Shown: in pieces, positions 56,053-64,000 of the stretch
How the letters are laid out: every line of letters begins with the position of its first letter
Numbering within the stretch: position 1 is the first letter of the stretch
Assembly (NCBI GenBank): GCA_050246115.1
Contig: JBFWWP010000032.1
Location: forward strand, 1,078-65,077
Direction of reading: 5' to 3'
Origin: Planctomycetota bacterium
GTDB lineage: Bacteria > Planctomycetota > UBA8108 > UBA1146 > JAJFFE01
DNA: 64,000 nt
Made by a program: the position numbers and the translations under genes
Notes under the pieces: generated by a model
Databases searched by the model: none
Told to the model about the DNA's origin: nothing
What the model saw: the letters and a program-made list of their open reading frames with translations, nothing else

Positions 56053-56771
56053 TGGATATCGAGTTGTTCCCTGGCGGCTTCAGTGAATGGCGTGAAGTTG
56101 TCTTCCGGACTCCGGACAGCGACCTGATTGACAAGTTGATCGACGCCGACCCTCGCCGGGCGCTTCGCTACTTTGCCGCCTGTCTTTCGCTGGCACGTGA
56201 ACTTGCGCAGTACGACGCGTTGGACGTACGTGCCGGCCTCTACTGCCTGGCGATTGAGAGTGACTATCTGCGGCTGTGGAAGAATCATCTCCTTCCGTTA
56301 GATGATCGCCTGTCTGCCGTTGCGGCCATGGGTGTTCTGTTCGAAGACTACTTTGCATTGCACTGTCAGCCGACGCATTCTCGTGAGACTGAGTTGGGTA
56401 AACAGCTAGAGAATCTCTCTGAGCCTTGGTGGGAGATGGACCGGCTGCCGGTCAGTAATATCGCCAGGGTGCCTGGAGCACTGGAGCTACTTGCAACCAA
56501 CTGGTGGGACGAAGTGCCCTTTCATCCCAAGAGAGACGACCACGCGTTCATTTCGGTTTTGAGGAGACTGCTTGCCAGGTTGCTCGGCAGTGACGCGCTG
56601 GTTTGTCAAGAGTCAGCGCTATACGGAATGTCGGAGAATGAAGACGTGTTGTCGGTGAGTTGGCGTAAGCGGCTTGTGGGAGCATATTACGCAAGGACAT
56701 CTGACTGCCATCCGCTGCGTACACTAACTGTCGAAACACTCGTACATCTGAATCATCTCGCTCCGGAGTAA
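56049..56771 (+). CDS. Hypothetical protein (240 aa), lower-GC cargo between IS copies
   Basis: GGAGG SD then TTG/ATG at 56049/56052. Helical and Trp-rich (WWEMDRLP, TNWWDEVPF). No recognised domain. GC clearly below the window average. Confidence 0.5.
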   Translation: MMDIELFPGGFSEWREVVFRTPDSDLIDKLIDADPRRALRYFAACLSLARELAQYDALDVRAGLYCLAIESDYLRLWKNHLLPLDDRLSAVAAMGVLFEDYFALHCQPTHSRETELGKQLENLSEPWWEMDRLPVSNIARVPGALELLATNWWDEVPFHPKRDDHAFISVLRRLLARLLGSDALVCQESALYGMSENEDVLSVSWRKRLVGAYYARTSDCHPLRTLTVETLVHLNHLAPE

Positions 56772-56841
56772 GGTGAGGTGTCGGCACGCGTGCGTCACGA
56801 GGAATTTTCTGAGCTTCGGTGAGGCGGGTCGAGGAGCATCC

Positions 56842-58391
56842 GGAGCATCCCGCCCGAAAGTAATCCGCTGAGTGAGCCCGGTAGCACGTTCGTGTCTTCC
56901 GCGAAGTGCGCCCTCGGTGTCGAGAACGGCATGATGAGTCCATCGCGACCGAGTCCTGGGCGTGCCAGTTGGCCTCGGTCGGTCGGTGAGGGGGCCGGTT
57001 GCTGAGTGGCGTGACCGTCGGCAATCGTCGTTCAGGCTGGCCCGATGGCGGGCGGTGTTGGCGAGTGTTGCTGGTGACGAGCGCCAACGACTTAGTGTTC
57101 AGCGATCTCTGGCACTCGGGGTCCGCGCCCACGAGAACCGAGTCGTGCCACAGACCTTCACGAGTGAGTCGGCGGGGGCTGCGAAGCGAGCCAAGAGTGC
57201 TGCCGCAGAGATCTCAAAGCCGTGTCGTGAGCGACGCACGTCAGGAGGGGGCTGGATCCTCGCAGCGCGCGCCGAGAAAGACGTGCATCCGGTATGTGCC
57301 ACTCGGGAAGACGACGGAGCGCTGGCCGGACACGAAGCGCGCGAGTGCATGTGCGTAACGGGCGAGGAACTCCTTGAGTCGTTGGATCGCCTCGAGGCGC
57401 GCCCAGCGATTGGAGGCCGCGATCCTCGGGTTGAGACCCCGCCGTGGTTCGCCGCCTCTTGGGTAGGAGTGCGGCGACTGCGCGAGTATGGCCTGGGCGC
57501 CGAGGAACCCCAGGCCCTTCGCTTTGCGATCTCGGCGGATCGTGCGCTCGCGCTCTCTGCAGTTGGCGATGAGTTGGCCCCGCGCTTCCTCCGCGGACAG
57601 CCCGGGGATGCGCGGCATCGAGGTCTCGAGCACCACCGACTCGGGCATGCCTCCCTCCGCGTCGAAGAAGAAGTCGGGACGGTCGACCTGCCAAGATCGT
57701 CGACCGATCTCATGCGCGAGAATCTTGACTCCTGGCCACTCCTTGGCGCTCCGCACGAGTCCGGCCGCGACGACGTTCGTCAGCACGTACAGCATGTACT
57801 TGAAGATCGTCGCTCGATCTCGGAGGAAGTCGAGTTTGTTGTAGGACCCCGGTGCCCACACGGTCTCCCACTGGCCCTGGTGGCAGTTGAGGGCCCGGGC
57901 GACCTGGCTACCTGAGAACTGCATGAACTTGGGGAGGGTCTTCCCAGAGTACGAGACGACGAGGTGCAAGTGGTTGCTCAAGACCTGGAAGGCGTGGACC
58001 CTGACCGAGTAGCGATCCGCCGCGACGGCGAGCAGATACAAGATGAGCTGGTTCACTTCCCGGCTCGGCCGAAGTCGATGCTGCCGTTTCAAGACGCGCC
58101 GCGTCACCATGACCGTGCCGCTCGGCGGCAGCAGACGTGGGGGTGTCGCCATGCGAACTCCTCTCTCGGAGGACGTTCGCAATCCGCCAGCCGGGCGGTC
58201 ATCAGCGACCCCGAAACGCCGCAACTGCGGAGTTCCACCGCGATTGAACCTCCGACGTCAAGGAATCGTCGGCCCTGGGCCTTCGTCGTCGAACGACCGA
58301 ACCAGGACGAAGCACCGGAGGCGGTTGCTCGAGTGGTGGGGGGCGGGGCACGGGGATTACTCTCGGGCGGGTGTTTCCCCGGTGTTTCCCC
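56842..58391 (-). mobile_element. Complete copy of a ~1.55 kb IS-like element encoding an HUH-type (IS200/IS605-like Y1) transposase; imperfect terminal repeats around a CCCGCCCGA core
   Basis: Left end GGAGCATCCCGCCCGAAAG is shared by the copies at 59563 and 63578. Right end ...CTCGGGCGGGTGTTTCCCC is shared with 55770. The reverse-complemented ends share CCCGCCCGA. Confidence 0.7.
57241..58152 (-). CDS. Transposase, HUH superfamily (IS200/IS605-like)
   Basis: GAGAGAGGAG SD then ATG 58152 (MATPPRLLPP). HUH-like motif VLSNHLHLVV. 304 aa. Same protein repeated (partial) at 55243..55558 and 59958..60252. Confidence 0.55.
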   Translation of the reverse strand: MATPPRLLPPSGTVMVTRRVLKRQHRLRPSREVNQLILYLLAVAADRYSVRVHAFQVLSNHLHLVVSYSGKTLPKFMQFSGSQVARALNCHQGQWETVWAPGSYNKLDFLRDRATIFKYMLYVLTNVVAAGLVRSAKEWPGVKILAHEIGRRSWQVDRPDFFFDAEGGMPESVVLETSMPRIPGLSAEEARGQLIANCRERERTIRRDRKAKGLGFLGAQAILAQSPHSYPRGGEPRRGLNPRIAASNRWARLEAIQRLKEFLARYAHALARFVSGQRSVVFPSGTYRMHVFLGARCEDPAPS

Positions 58392-58437
58392 AAAAGAGAG
58401 CCACTGGAACAAAGATTGGCGAACATGGTTAGAAGGC

Positions 58438-58695
58438 ATGGAGGTGCAACAGATTACGGAAGCGGACATAGACGATCAGCTGGCCAGAATGGAGAATGAC
58501 GCAAAGTACGCGGAGAAGCTGAAGCACGGCACGCCCGCCACCACGGTAGATGGAGGCAAAGGAGTCGGTTACAGGGAGTGGAAGAGTGACAAGGGCGGGA
58601 TTAAGACCCGCTGCAACAAGAACTTCCACGCAGGACTCGGAGTAGTCGACAAGAAGATGGGGAAGATGGGCAAGGCCCTCGGGCGTTGCGGATAA
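58438..58695 (+). CDS. Small basic hypothetical protein (85 aa), lower-GC cargo
   Basis: ATG 58438 (MEVQQITEADIDDQLARMEND...KTRCNKNFHAGLGVVDKKMGKMGKALGRCG). Lys/Gly-rich C-terminus. Coding-like codon usage. No domain recognised. Confidence 0.35.
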   Translation: MEVQQITEADIDDQLARMENDAKYAEKLKHGTPATTVDGGKGVGYREWKSDKGGIKTRCNKNFHAGLGVVDKKMGKMGKALGRCG

Positions 58696-58940
58696 CGGGA
58701 AAGCTCGGAGGTTTGCTTGGAGTAGTGCTTAGTGCAACGTCGATAGCGTCTGCTGCTACGGAGGGCGACATAGAAGGAGTAATGTTGGAGGCGACACCAG
58801 CGGGGTTGTTGCGGGACGTTGGGAACTACGTTAATGACGAGGTTGTCAGTGTGCTCCAGAGGGCCGTTTCGAAGGGCCCGGGAACAGCGTCGGGCTATGA
58901 TAAGGCCGGCCAGGATCTGAGTAAGCCAGAGGGATATTAG
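58686..58940 (+). CDS. Small hypothetical secreted-like protein (84 aa)
   Basis: MRITGKLGGLLGVVLSATSIASAATEG signal-like N-terminus. Overlaps the preceding ORF by 10 nt. Confidence 0.3.
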   Translation: MRITGKLGGLLGVVLSATSIASAATEGDIEGVMLEATPAGLLRDVGNYVNDEVVSVLQRAVSKGPGTASGYDKAGQDLSKPEGY

Positions 58941-58944
58941 ATCA

Positions 58945-59478
58945 ATGAGGAGCGAAGTGATTTTTAAGATTGACACGTGCCCGCCGGGCGGGGATTACGG
59001 GCATGAACTCATGAACGGATCTTCCTCATGGGATGGTAGCGTGTTCCGTTACGTGCGGTCGGGCCCGTATGTCCCGCCACTTTCGCTCGTCATCGGGACA
59101 GCAATAGGAACTCGTGAGTTCGTGAGCGCCTACGATCGAATGGAGGGGTGGACCCTCTTTGCGTACGCGGTCACCCCGGGGAAGGTGTACCGTGCGAATT
59201 GGCGAGAGTGGGGCGACAGGTGGAGGTACCCGTCGGACTTGCAGCCGGACCTTGAAGAGCCGGAAGACTACCATGAGCTGCCTGAGGATGCAGAAACGAG
59301 AGCGGCTTGCCCGGAGCTGTTCGTTCTTGACTTCAAGTTGAGCGAGTCGCCGCCCAAGTACGGGGGGTTCTTTCGGCGGTTCCCAATGGGGCGGATTTTC
59401 TGTACGCAGAAGGAGAAGGACTGGTTTGAGAACGAGTTTAACAGCGATGGCCTTTACCACTTCGTCGAAGTTGAGTGA
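58945..59478 (+). CDS. Hypothetical protein (177 aa), lower-GC cargo
   Basis: MRSEVIFKIDTCPPGGDYGHELMNGSSSWDGSVFRYV.... Acidic and Trp-rich. No known domain. Bounded downstream by IS fragment 59563. Confidence 0.45.
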   Translation: MRSEVIFKIDTCPPGGDYGHELMNGSSSWDGSVFRYVRSGPYVPPLSLVIGTAIGTREFVSAYDRMEGWTLFAYAVTPGKVYRANWREWGDRWRYPSDLQPDLEEPEDYHELPEDAETRAACPELFVLDFKLSESPPKYGGFFRRFPMGRIFCTQKEKDWFENEFNSDGLYHFVEVE

Positions 59479-59562
59479 GCCGTGTTGTCCCGTCATGTTG
59501 CACTACCAGGGGGCGTTGGTGCATGGTTGCTTCGGGGTCGGAAGTTGTTTATCCTACGAGAG

Positions 59563-60252
59563 GGAGCATCCCGCCCGAAAGTAATCCGCCGAGTGAGCCC
59601 GGTAGCACGTTCGTGTCTTCCGCGAAGTGCGGGCTCGGTGTCGAGAACGGCATGATGGGTCCATCGCGATCGAGTCCTGGGCGTGCCAGTTGGCCTCGGT
59701 CGGTCGGTGGGGGGGCCGGTTGCTGAGTGGCGTGACCGTCGGCAATCGTCGTTCAGGCTGGCCCGATGGCGGGCGGTGTTGGCGAGTGTTGCTGGTGACG
59801 AGCGCCAACGACTTGGTGTTCAGCGATCTCTGGCACTCGGGGTCCGCGCCCACGAGAACCGAGTCGTGCCACATTCACGAGTGAGTCGGCGGGGGCTGCG
59901 AAGCGAGCCAAGAGTGCTGCCGCAGAGATCTCAAAGCCGTGTCGTGAGCGACGCACGTCAGGAGGGGGCTGGATCCTCGCAGCGCGCGCCGAGAAAGACG
60001 TGCATCCGGTATGTACCACTCGGGAAGACGACGGAGCGCTGGCCGGACACGAAGCGCGCGAGTGCATGTGCGTAACGGGCGAGAAACTCCTTGAGTCGTT
60101 GGATCGCCTCGAGGCGCGCCCAGCGATTGGAGGCCGCGATCCTCGGGTTCAGGCCCCGCCGTGGTTCGCCGCCTCTTGGGTAGGAGTGCGGCGACTGCGC
60201 GAGTATGGCCTGGGCGCGGAGCAGATACACGATGAGCTGGTTCACTTCCCGG
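59563..60252 (-). mobile_element. IS fragment: left end plus 3' transposase segment with a ~0.5 kb internal deletion, truncated at 60252
   Basis: 59563..~60215 is near-identical to 56842..~57500 of the full copy, then jumps to the ...cagatacacgatgagctggttcacttcccgg segment (about 58028-58060 in the full copy). Confidence 0.75.
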
Positions 60253-60345
60253 CAGCTTGGGTCGCCGAGGATGTCGGTGGCTTCAGCGCGAGCGAAGGCC
60301 GACGTGGCCATCTCCGTCATCCGGTCCAACGCGCGCCGCCACTCG

Positions 60346-61284
60346 TCACGCGGTTCGTGCGGGCCGCTCCAGCGTTGCACCGCGGCGCGCCGCTCCTCCA
60401 CCTAGCCGCTGCACCTTCGGGTGGTGGAACAGCCGGGTGAAGGACGCCCGCGCCGGCGCACGCCAGGTGCGCAGGAACCGCTCGAGTTCGTTCAGGAAGC
60501 CGACCCCGCAGTTGTGGTCCGAGACCTCGTCGTGGGTCGATCTCGCCGTCGGCCGCTCGGTTCGGATGCGGAGGACCATGCTCGTGGCTCGTGGATGCGT
60601 GACGGCGGCATGCAGAAAGCGCCACGTGGCCTCCCGCTGCCGGCCCAACTCGTGCGCGGCGAGGGCGGCGATGAGATTCTGTTCCGGGTACAGCTCGCTC
60701 AGCCCTTTCGCCGCCTCGAAGGACTCGGCCCAGTTGCTGCGGTTCAGGTGAATCGTGGCTCGGTGAGCGGCCGCCGTGATGTCGTCGCCGTATCTCCTGT
60801 CCAGTCGGTCGCACAGATCGAGCGCCTCATCATCGCGCCCCGCGCGGGCCAGGGTGAGGGTCAGGTTGCGGAGGCCGCGCAGGAAGGGCCGTATCTCGAG
60901 TAGCGTCCAGTAGTGTTGCTTCGCGAGCCGGCTCGGGAACTGCTTGCGGCCCACCTCGATGGTGCGCCGGAAGTGCTCCTCCGCCGGTTCTAGTTGACCC
61001 CGGTCGAGCGCGATGAGTCCAAGGTAGTTGTACCCATTCGCGAATGCGCCGAAGCAGTCGAGGAGCAGGCGGAAGACCGACTGGGCCTCGTCCATGCGGC
61101 CTTCTCGGTAGAGATTGGCCGCCATCTCCTCGACCTCTGGCGGGACCCCGGATGGAGACAGGGTGTAGCTCCAGCCGAAAGCGTCGGCCAAGAACGGCGA
61201 GCCCTCCGCTCCGGTGCAGACCCGGACCCGCGTTTCGATGAGGTCGCGCAGGAATGCGAGCTCGTGGCGGTGCTCCTGGATCAC
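60346..61284 (-). CDS. TPR-like helical repeat protein (hypothetical)
   Basis: GTG start (MIQEHRHELAF). Repeats such as YNYLGLIALDRGQLEPAEEHFRRTIEV and AGRDDEALDLCDRL. The C-terminal ~60 aa are low-complexity and may be over-extended. Confidence 0.45.
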   Translation of the reverse strand: MIQEHRHELAFLRDLIETRVRVCTGAEGSPFLADAFGWSYTLSPSGVPPEVEEMAANLYREGRMDEAQSVFRLLLDCFGAFANGYNYLGLIALDRGQLEPAEEHFRRTIEVGRKQFPSRLAKQHYWTLLEIRPFLRGLRNLTLTLARAGRDDEALDLCDRLDRRYGDDITAAAHRATIHLNRSNWAESFEAAKGLSELYPEQNLIAALAAHELGRQREATWRFLHAAVTHPRATSMVLRIRTERPTARSTHDEVSDHNCGVGFLNELERFLRTWRAPARASFTRLFHHPKVQRLGGGAARRGATLERPARTA

Positions 61285-61626
61285 CTGCGCAGTGGGGGTT
61301 CGCCGTGGCGAGCTCGCGCGTGAACCCGATCAGGCGGTTTCGGAAGCCATTGGTCAGCTGGGCGCCCCTTGGCGGGTAGGTGTCCGGCAACGTGTCGAGC
61401 CCCTCCCTTTCGAGTTGTGTTTTTGGTTTGTGCGAACACAACATCAAAGTCAATGGGCCGAATCGGGAACTGTGCTCAGGACATTTCTGGACGTTCTTCC
61501 AGGGACCGGGGTCGCGAACCAGCGCCCACCGGACAGGATCGGACGGGATCGGGAGAACGGGCACTTTTGACACAAGAATGTTCTATTCACTGGACCTTTG
61601 GTGCGCTGAAGTATATTTTACTCAAC

Positions 61627-61941
61627 ATGACCAAGCGGACGGTTCCGGTCTTCCCCCAAGGGCAGCGCCAGCTCGAGCAGCTCGGGGAACGGCTGCGGCT
61701 GGCGCGGCTGCGGCGGCGTCTGACCCAGGCCATCGTGGCGGCGCGGGTCGGGGTGTCGAAGCAGACGCTCGGCAAGCTAGAAGCGGGGAACGCCTCGACG
61801 AGCCTCGCGACGCTCGTACGGCTCCTGGGTGTGCTCGGCCTCGCCGAGGACCTCGACCGCCTCGCTGCGGACGACGAACTCGGGCGGCGCCTCCAGGACC
61901 TCGAGCAGAAGGCCCCGCCCCGGGGCAAGGCGAAGCCGTGA
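61627..61941 (+). CDS. hipB: HipB-like XRE-family HTH antitoxin
   Basis: LRLARLRRRLTQAIVAARVGVSKQTLGKLEAGNASTSLATLVRLLGVLGL is a Cro/C1-type HTH. AT-rich TTGACA-containing promoter-like stretch upstream. Stop overlaps the hipA GTG start. Confidence 0.7.
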   Translation: MTKRTVPVFPQGQRQLEQLGERLRLARLRRRLTQAIVAARVGVSKQTLGKLEAGNASTSLATLVRLLGVLGLAEDLDRLAADDELGRRLQDLEQKAPPRGKAKP

Positions 61942-63185
61942 TCGAGCGCGTCGAGGTCTGGATCGACGACGAGCTCGCGGGCGAAGGCCCCGCGCGCGTC
62001 GGGGAGCTGCGGGCAGCCGGTGAGCGTGGCCGTATGGTGACGCGCTTCCGCTACGACTCGCGCTGGCTGGTGCGCGGCGCCGGCGGCTTCGCGATCGACC
62101 CGGAGTTGCCTCTGGGTGAGGGGGATTTCTTCCCCGGGGCCGGCTGCGCGCTCCATGGCGCCTTGCGGGACACATCCCCGGATCGCTGGGGGCGCAGGCT
62201 GATGGACCGCCGCGAGCGGGACGAGGCCACTCGGGAGCGCCGCCGCGCGCGCGCGCTGACGGAGTGGGACTACATGTTGGGCGTTCAGGACGCGGGCCGA
62301 CTGGGCGCCCTGCGGCTGCGCGACCCCGAATCCGGGTGCTGGCTCGATGAGCGGACGCCCGGGATTCCGCCGGTCGCGCGCCTCCGCCAGCTCGAGGCCG
62401 CCGCCGCCCGTATCGACGCGGATTCCACAGCGCCCCTCGATCCGGCGATCGCCAGCCTGATCCAGCCGGGAAGCAGCCTGGGCGGCGCGCGCCCCAAGGC
62501 GACCTTCCGGGAAAGCGACGGCTCCCTTTGGCTCGCCAAGTTCCCCTCGCGGGACGATCGTCTGGACGTTGGCGCCGCGGAGTATCTGCTGAACCAGCTC
62601 GCCCGCGCCTGCGACATCGAAGTCCCCCCCGCTTGGCACAAGGCGCTCGGCGGTCGCGGTCGCACCTTCTGCGTCCAGCGTTTCGATCGCCGAGGGTCCC
62701 GTAGGCGCATGTTCTGGTCGGCGATGACCCTGCTCGGCAAGTCTGACCGGGACGACGCAGGCTACCTCGACATCGCCGAAGCGTTGCAGAACCAGGCTGA
62801 CGCGAACACCGTCGTGCCCGATCTGCACCAGCTCTATCGCCGCGCCCTGTTCAACATTCTGGTCGGCAACCGTGACGACCACCTGCGCAACCACGGGTTC
62901 CTGCGTCAGCCCTCGGGCTGGTCTCTGGCGCCGGCGTTCGACTTGAACGTCGAGCTCGATCGGCTCGAACACTCCCTCTCCATCGACGAGTCCGACCACC
63001 GGCCGAGCCCCGAGAACCTGCGGGCTACCGCCGAACTCTACCGCCTGACCCCGGCCGCAGCCGCGCGCATCGAGGACGAATTGCGCGCTCGGCTCGCCAA
63101 TTGGCGCGCGATGGCGAAGAGCATCGGCATTCCTGGGAATGAGATCGATCTTCTCGACTCAGTGATCTTGCGGGCGGGGATCTGA
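61938..63185 (+). CDS. hipA: HipA-family serine/threonine kinase toxin
   Basis: N-terminal couple_hipA-like VEVWIDDELAGEG...RFRYDSRW. Catalytic motif VGNRDDHLRNHGFL. GTG start within the long 61380..63185 ORF. Confidence 0.75.
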   Translation: MIERVEVWIDDELAGEGPARVGELRAAGERGRMVTRFRYDSRWLVRGAGGFAIDPELPLGEGDFFPGAGCALHGALRDTSPDRWGRRLMDRRERDEATRERRRARALTEWDYMLGVQDAGRLGALRLRDPESGCWLDERTPGIPPVARLRQLEAAAARIDADSTAPLDPAIASLIQPGSSLGGARPKATFRESDGSLWLAKFPSRDDRLDVGAAEYLLNQLARACDIEVPPAWHKALGGRGRTFCVQRFDRRGSRRRMFWSAMTLLGKSDRDDAGYLDIAEALQNQADANTVVPDLHQLYRRALFNILVGNRDDHLRNHGFLRQPSGWSLAPAFDLNVELDRLEHSLSIDESDHRPSPENLRATAELYRLTPAAAARIEDELRARLANWRAMAKSIGIPGNEIDLLDSVILRAGI

Positions 63186-63392
63186 GCACCGAATGGGCCA
63201 CGCAGGATGCTCTTTCGTAACGATGACCCGCTGTCTCTCGGGCGTGGTGGCTTCGTTGGTCATGGCGTCGGCCAGCAGGAGCGAACCCGGTCTACTTGAT
63301 CTCGGATCGGCGGGGTCGCACGAGCCAGCCCGCGCACTTACGCAAGGTGGTCGAGAGCGAGCCGTGGGTGCGGGTTTGGCCTGGATAGTGGC

Positions 63393-63577
63393 TCACAGCA
63401 ACTGGGAGACGAAGGTCCTCGCCGGCACGGTGACGGGTCGCCCGGGTGCCGAGAAACAGTCGAGGTCGACGTAGTCTGCGTTCAGCACGACCTGGAACGG
63501 GAACGCAGCCCCGAGTTGCCGTTGGAAGTACTCGAGCGCTGGGGTGAGAGAGTCGTCGGTGATCTTCACTTCTACGG
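63393..63577 (-). pseudogene. 3' remnant of a gene whose upstream portion is replaced by an IS insertion
   Basis: The track ORF 63393..63668 reads out of the IS left end. Only ...PVEVKITDDSLTPALEYFQRQLGAAFPFQVVLNADYVDLDCF... is native sequence. Origin unknown. Confidence 0.3.
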
Positions 63578-64000
63578 GGAGCATCCCGCCCGAAAGTAAT
63601 CCGCCGAGTGAGCCCGGTAGCACGTTCGTGTCTTCCGCGAAGTGCGCCCTCGGTGTCGAGAACGGCATGATGGGTCGATCGCGATCGAGTCCTGGGCGTG
63701 CCAGTTGGCCTCGGTCGGTCGGTGGGGGGACCGGTTGCTGAGTGGCGTGACCGTCGGCAAGCGTAGTTCAGGCTGGCCCGATGGCGGGCGGTGTTGGCGA
63801 GTGTTGGTGACGGGCTCTAACGCCTTGATGTTCCGCGATCTCTAGCACTCGGAGTCCGCGCCCACGAGAACCGAGTCGGGCCACATTCACGAGTGAGTCG
63901 GCGGGGGCTGCGAAGCGAGCCAAGAGTGCTGCCGCAGAGATCTCAAAGCCGTGTCGTGAGCGACACACGTCAGGAGGGGCTGGATCCTCGCAGCGCGCGC
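63578..64000 (-). mobile_element. Fourth copy of the IS element (left end + 3' transposase region), running off the window end
   Basis: GGGGAGCATCCCGCCCGAAAGTAATCC... is near-identical to 56842.. and 59563... Carries small indels (e.g. tgttggtgacgggctctaacgcc) relative to the other copies. Confidence 0.75.

Noticed and set aside
61380-61937. N-terminal extension of the hipA frame (601-aa track ORF)
   Set aside because: Upstream part is Ala/Arg/Gly-rich, overlaps hipB in another frame and has no HipA homology. Start assigned to GTG 61938.
61587-62999. 470-aa minus ORF antisense to hipA
   Set aside because: Antisense artefact. HipA motifs on the plus strand are unambiguous.
1-64000. CRISPR arrays, rRNA and tRNA genes
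   Set aside because: No array of regularly spaced direct repeats with unique spacers was seen. No rRNA-like conserved stretches or obvious tRNA cloverleaf candidates were spotted in intergenic regions. A tRNA scan would be needed to be definitive.

Overview
High-GC (~68-70%) bacterial chromosomal segment with gene content that looks Planctomycetota-like; this taxon guess is an inference from ECF sigma factor / Ser-Thr kinase gene pairs, WD40 kinases and dockerin-type repeats. No rRNA, tRNA or CRISPR was recognised.

Main contents:
- A ~10 kb chemosensory gene cluster (17.0-28.8 kb): cheA, cheW, two cheY, cheB, cheR, three CheC/CheX-type phosphatases, a truncated-haemoglobin-PAS-PAS chemoreceptor, a PilZ protein and an FHA-GGDEF cyclase. 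A separate soluble CZB-domain chemoreceptor sits at 43.9-45.3 kb.
- Two ECF sigma factor + Ser/Thr kinase pairs, the kinases carrying TPR or WD40 repeats.
- Two ECF sigma factors fused in one polypeptide to a transmembrane helix and a large extracytoplasmic domain.
- Six secreted proteins sharing a ~90-aa dockerin-like double Ca-loop module with a conserved Cys tail ending in CP.
- An AAA+ ATPase / TPR / membrane-protein operon.
- A hipBA toxin-antitoxin pair.
- The 3' quarter (52-64 kb) is a degraded, IS-rich island. It holds four copies or fragments of a ~1.55 kb HUH-transposase element, lower-GC cargo ORFs, gene remnants and two ORFs broken by in-frame stops.

Coordinates come from the supplied ORF track plus frame arithmetic. 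Start codons were chosen from signal peptides, SD-like motifs and domain boundaries, and may be off by a few codons. Many long antisense ORFs in the track are high-GC artefacts and were rejected.
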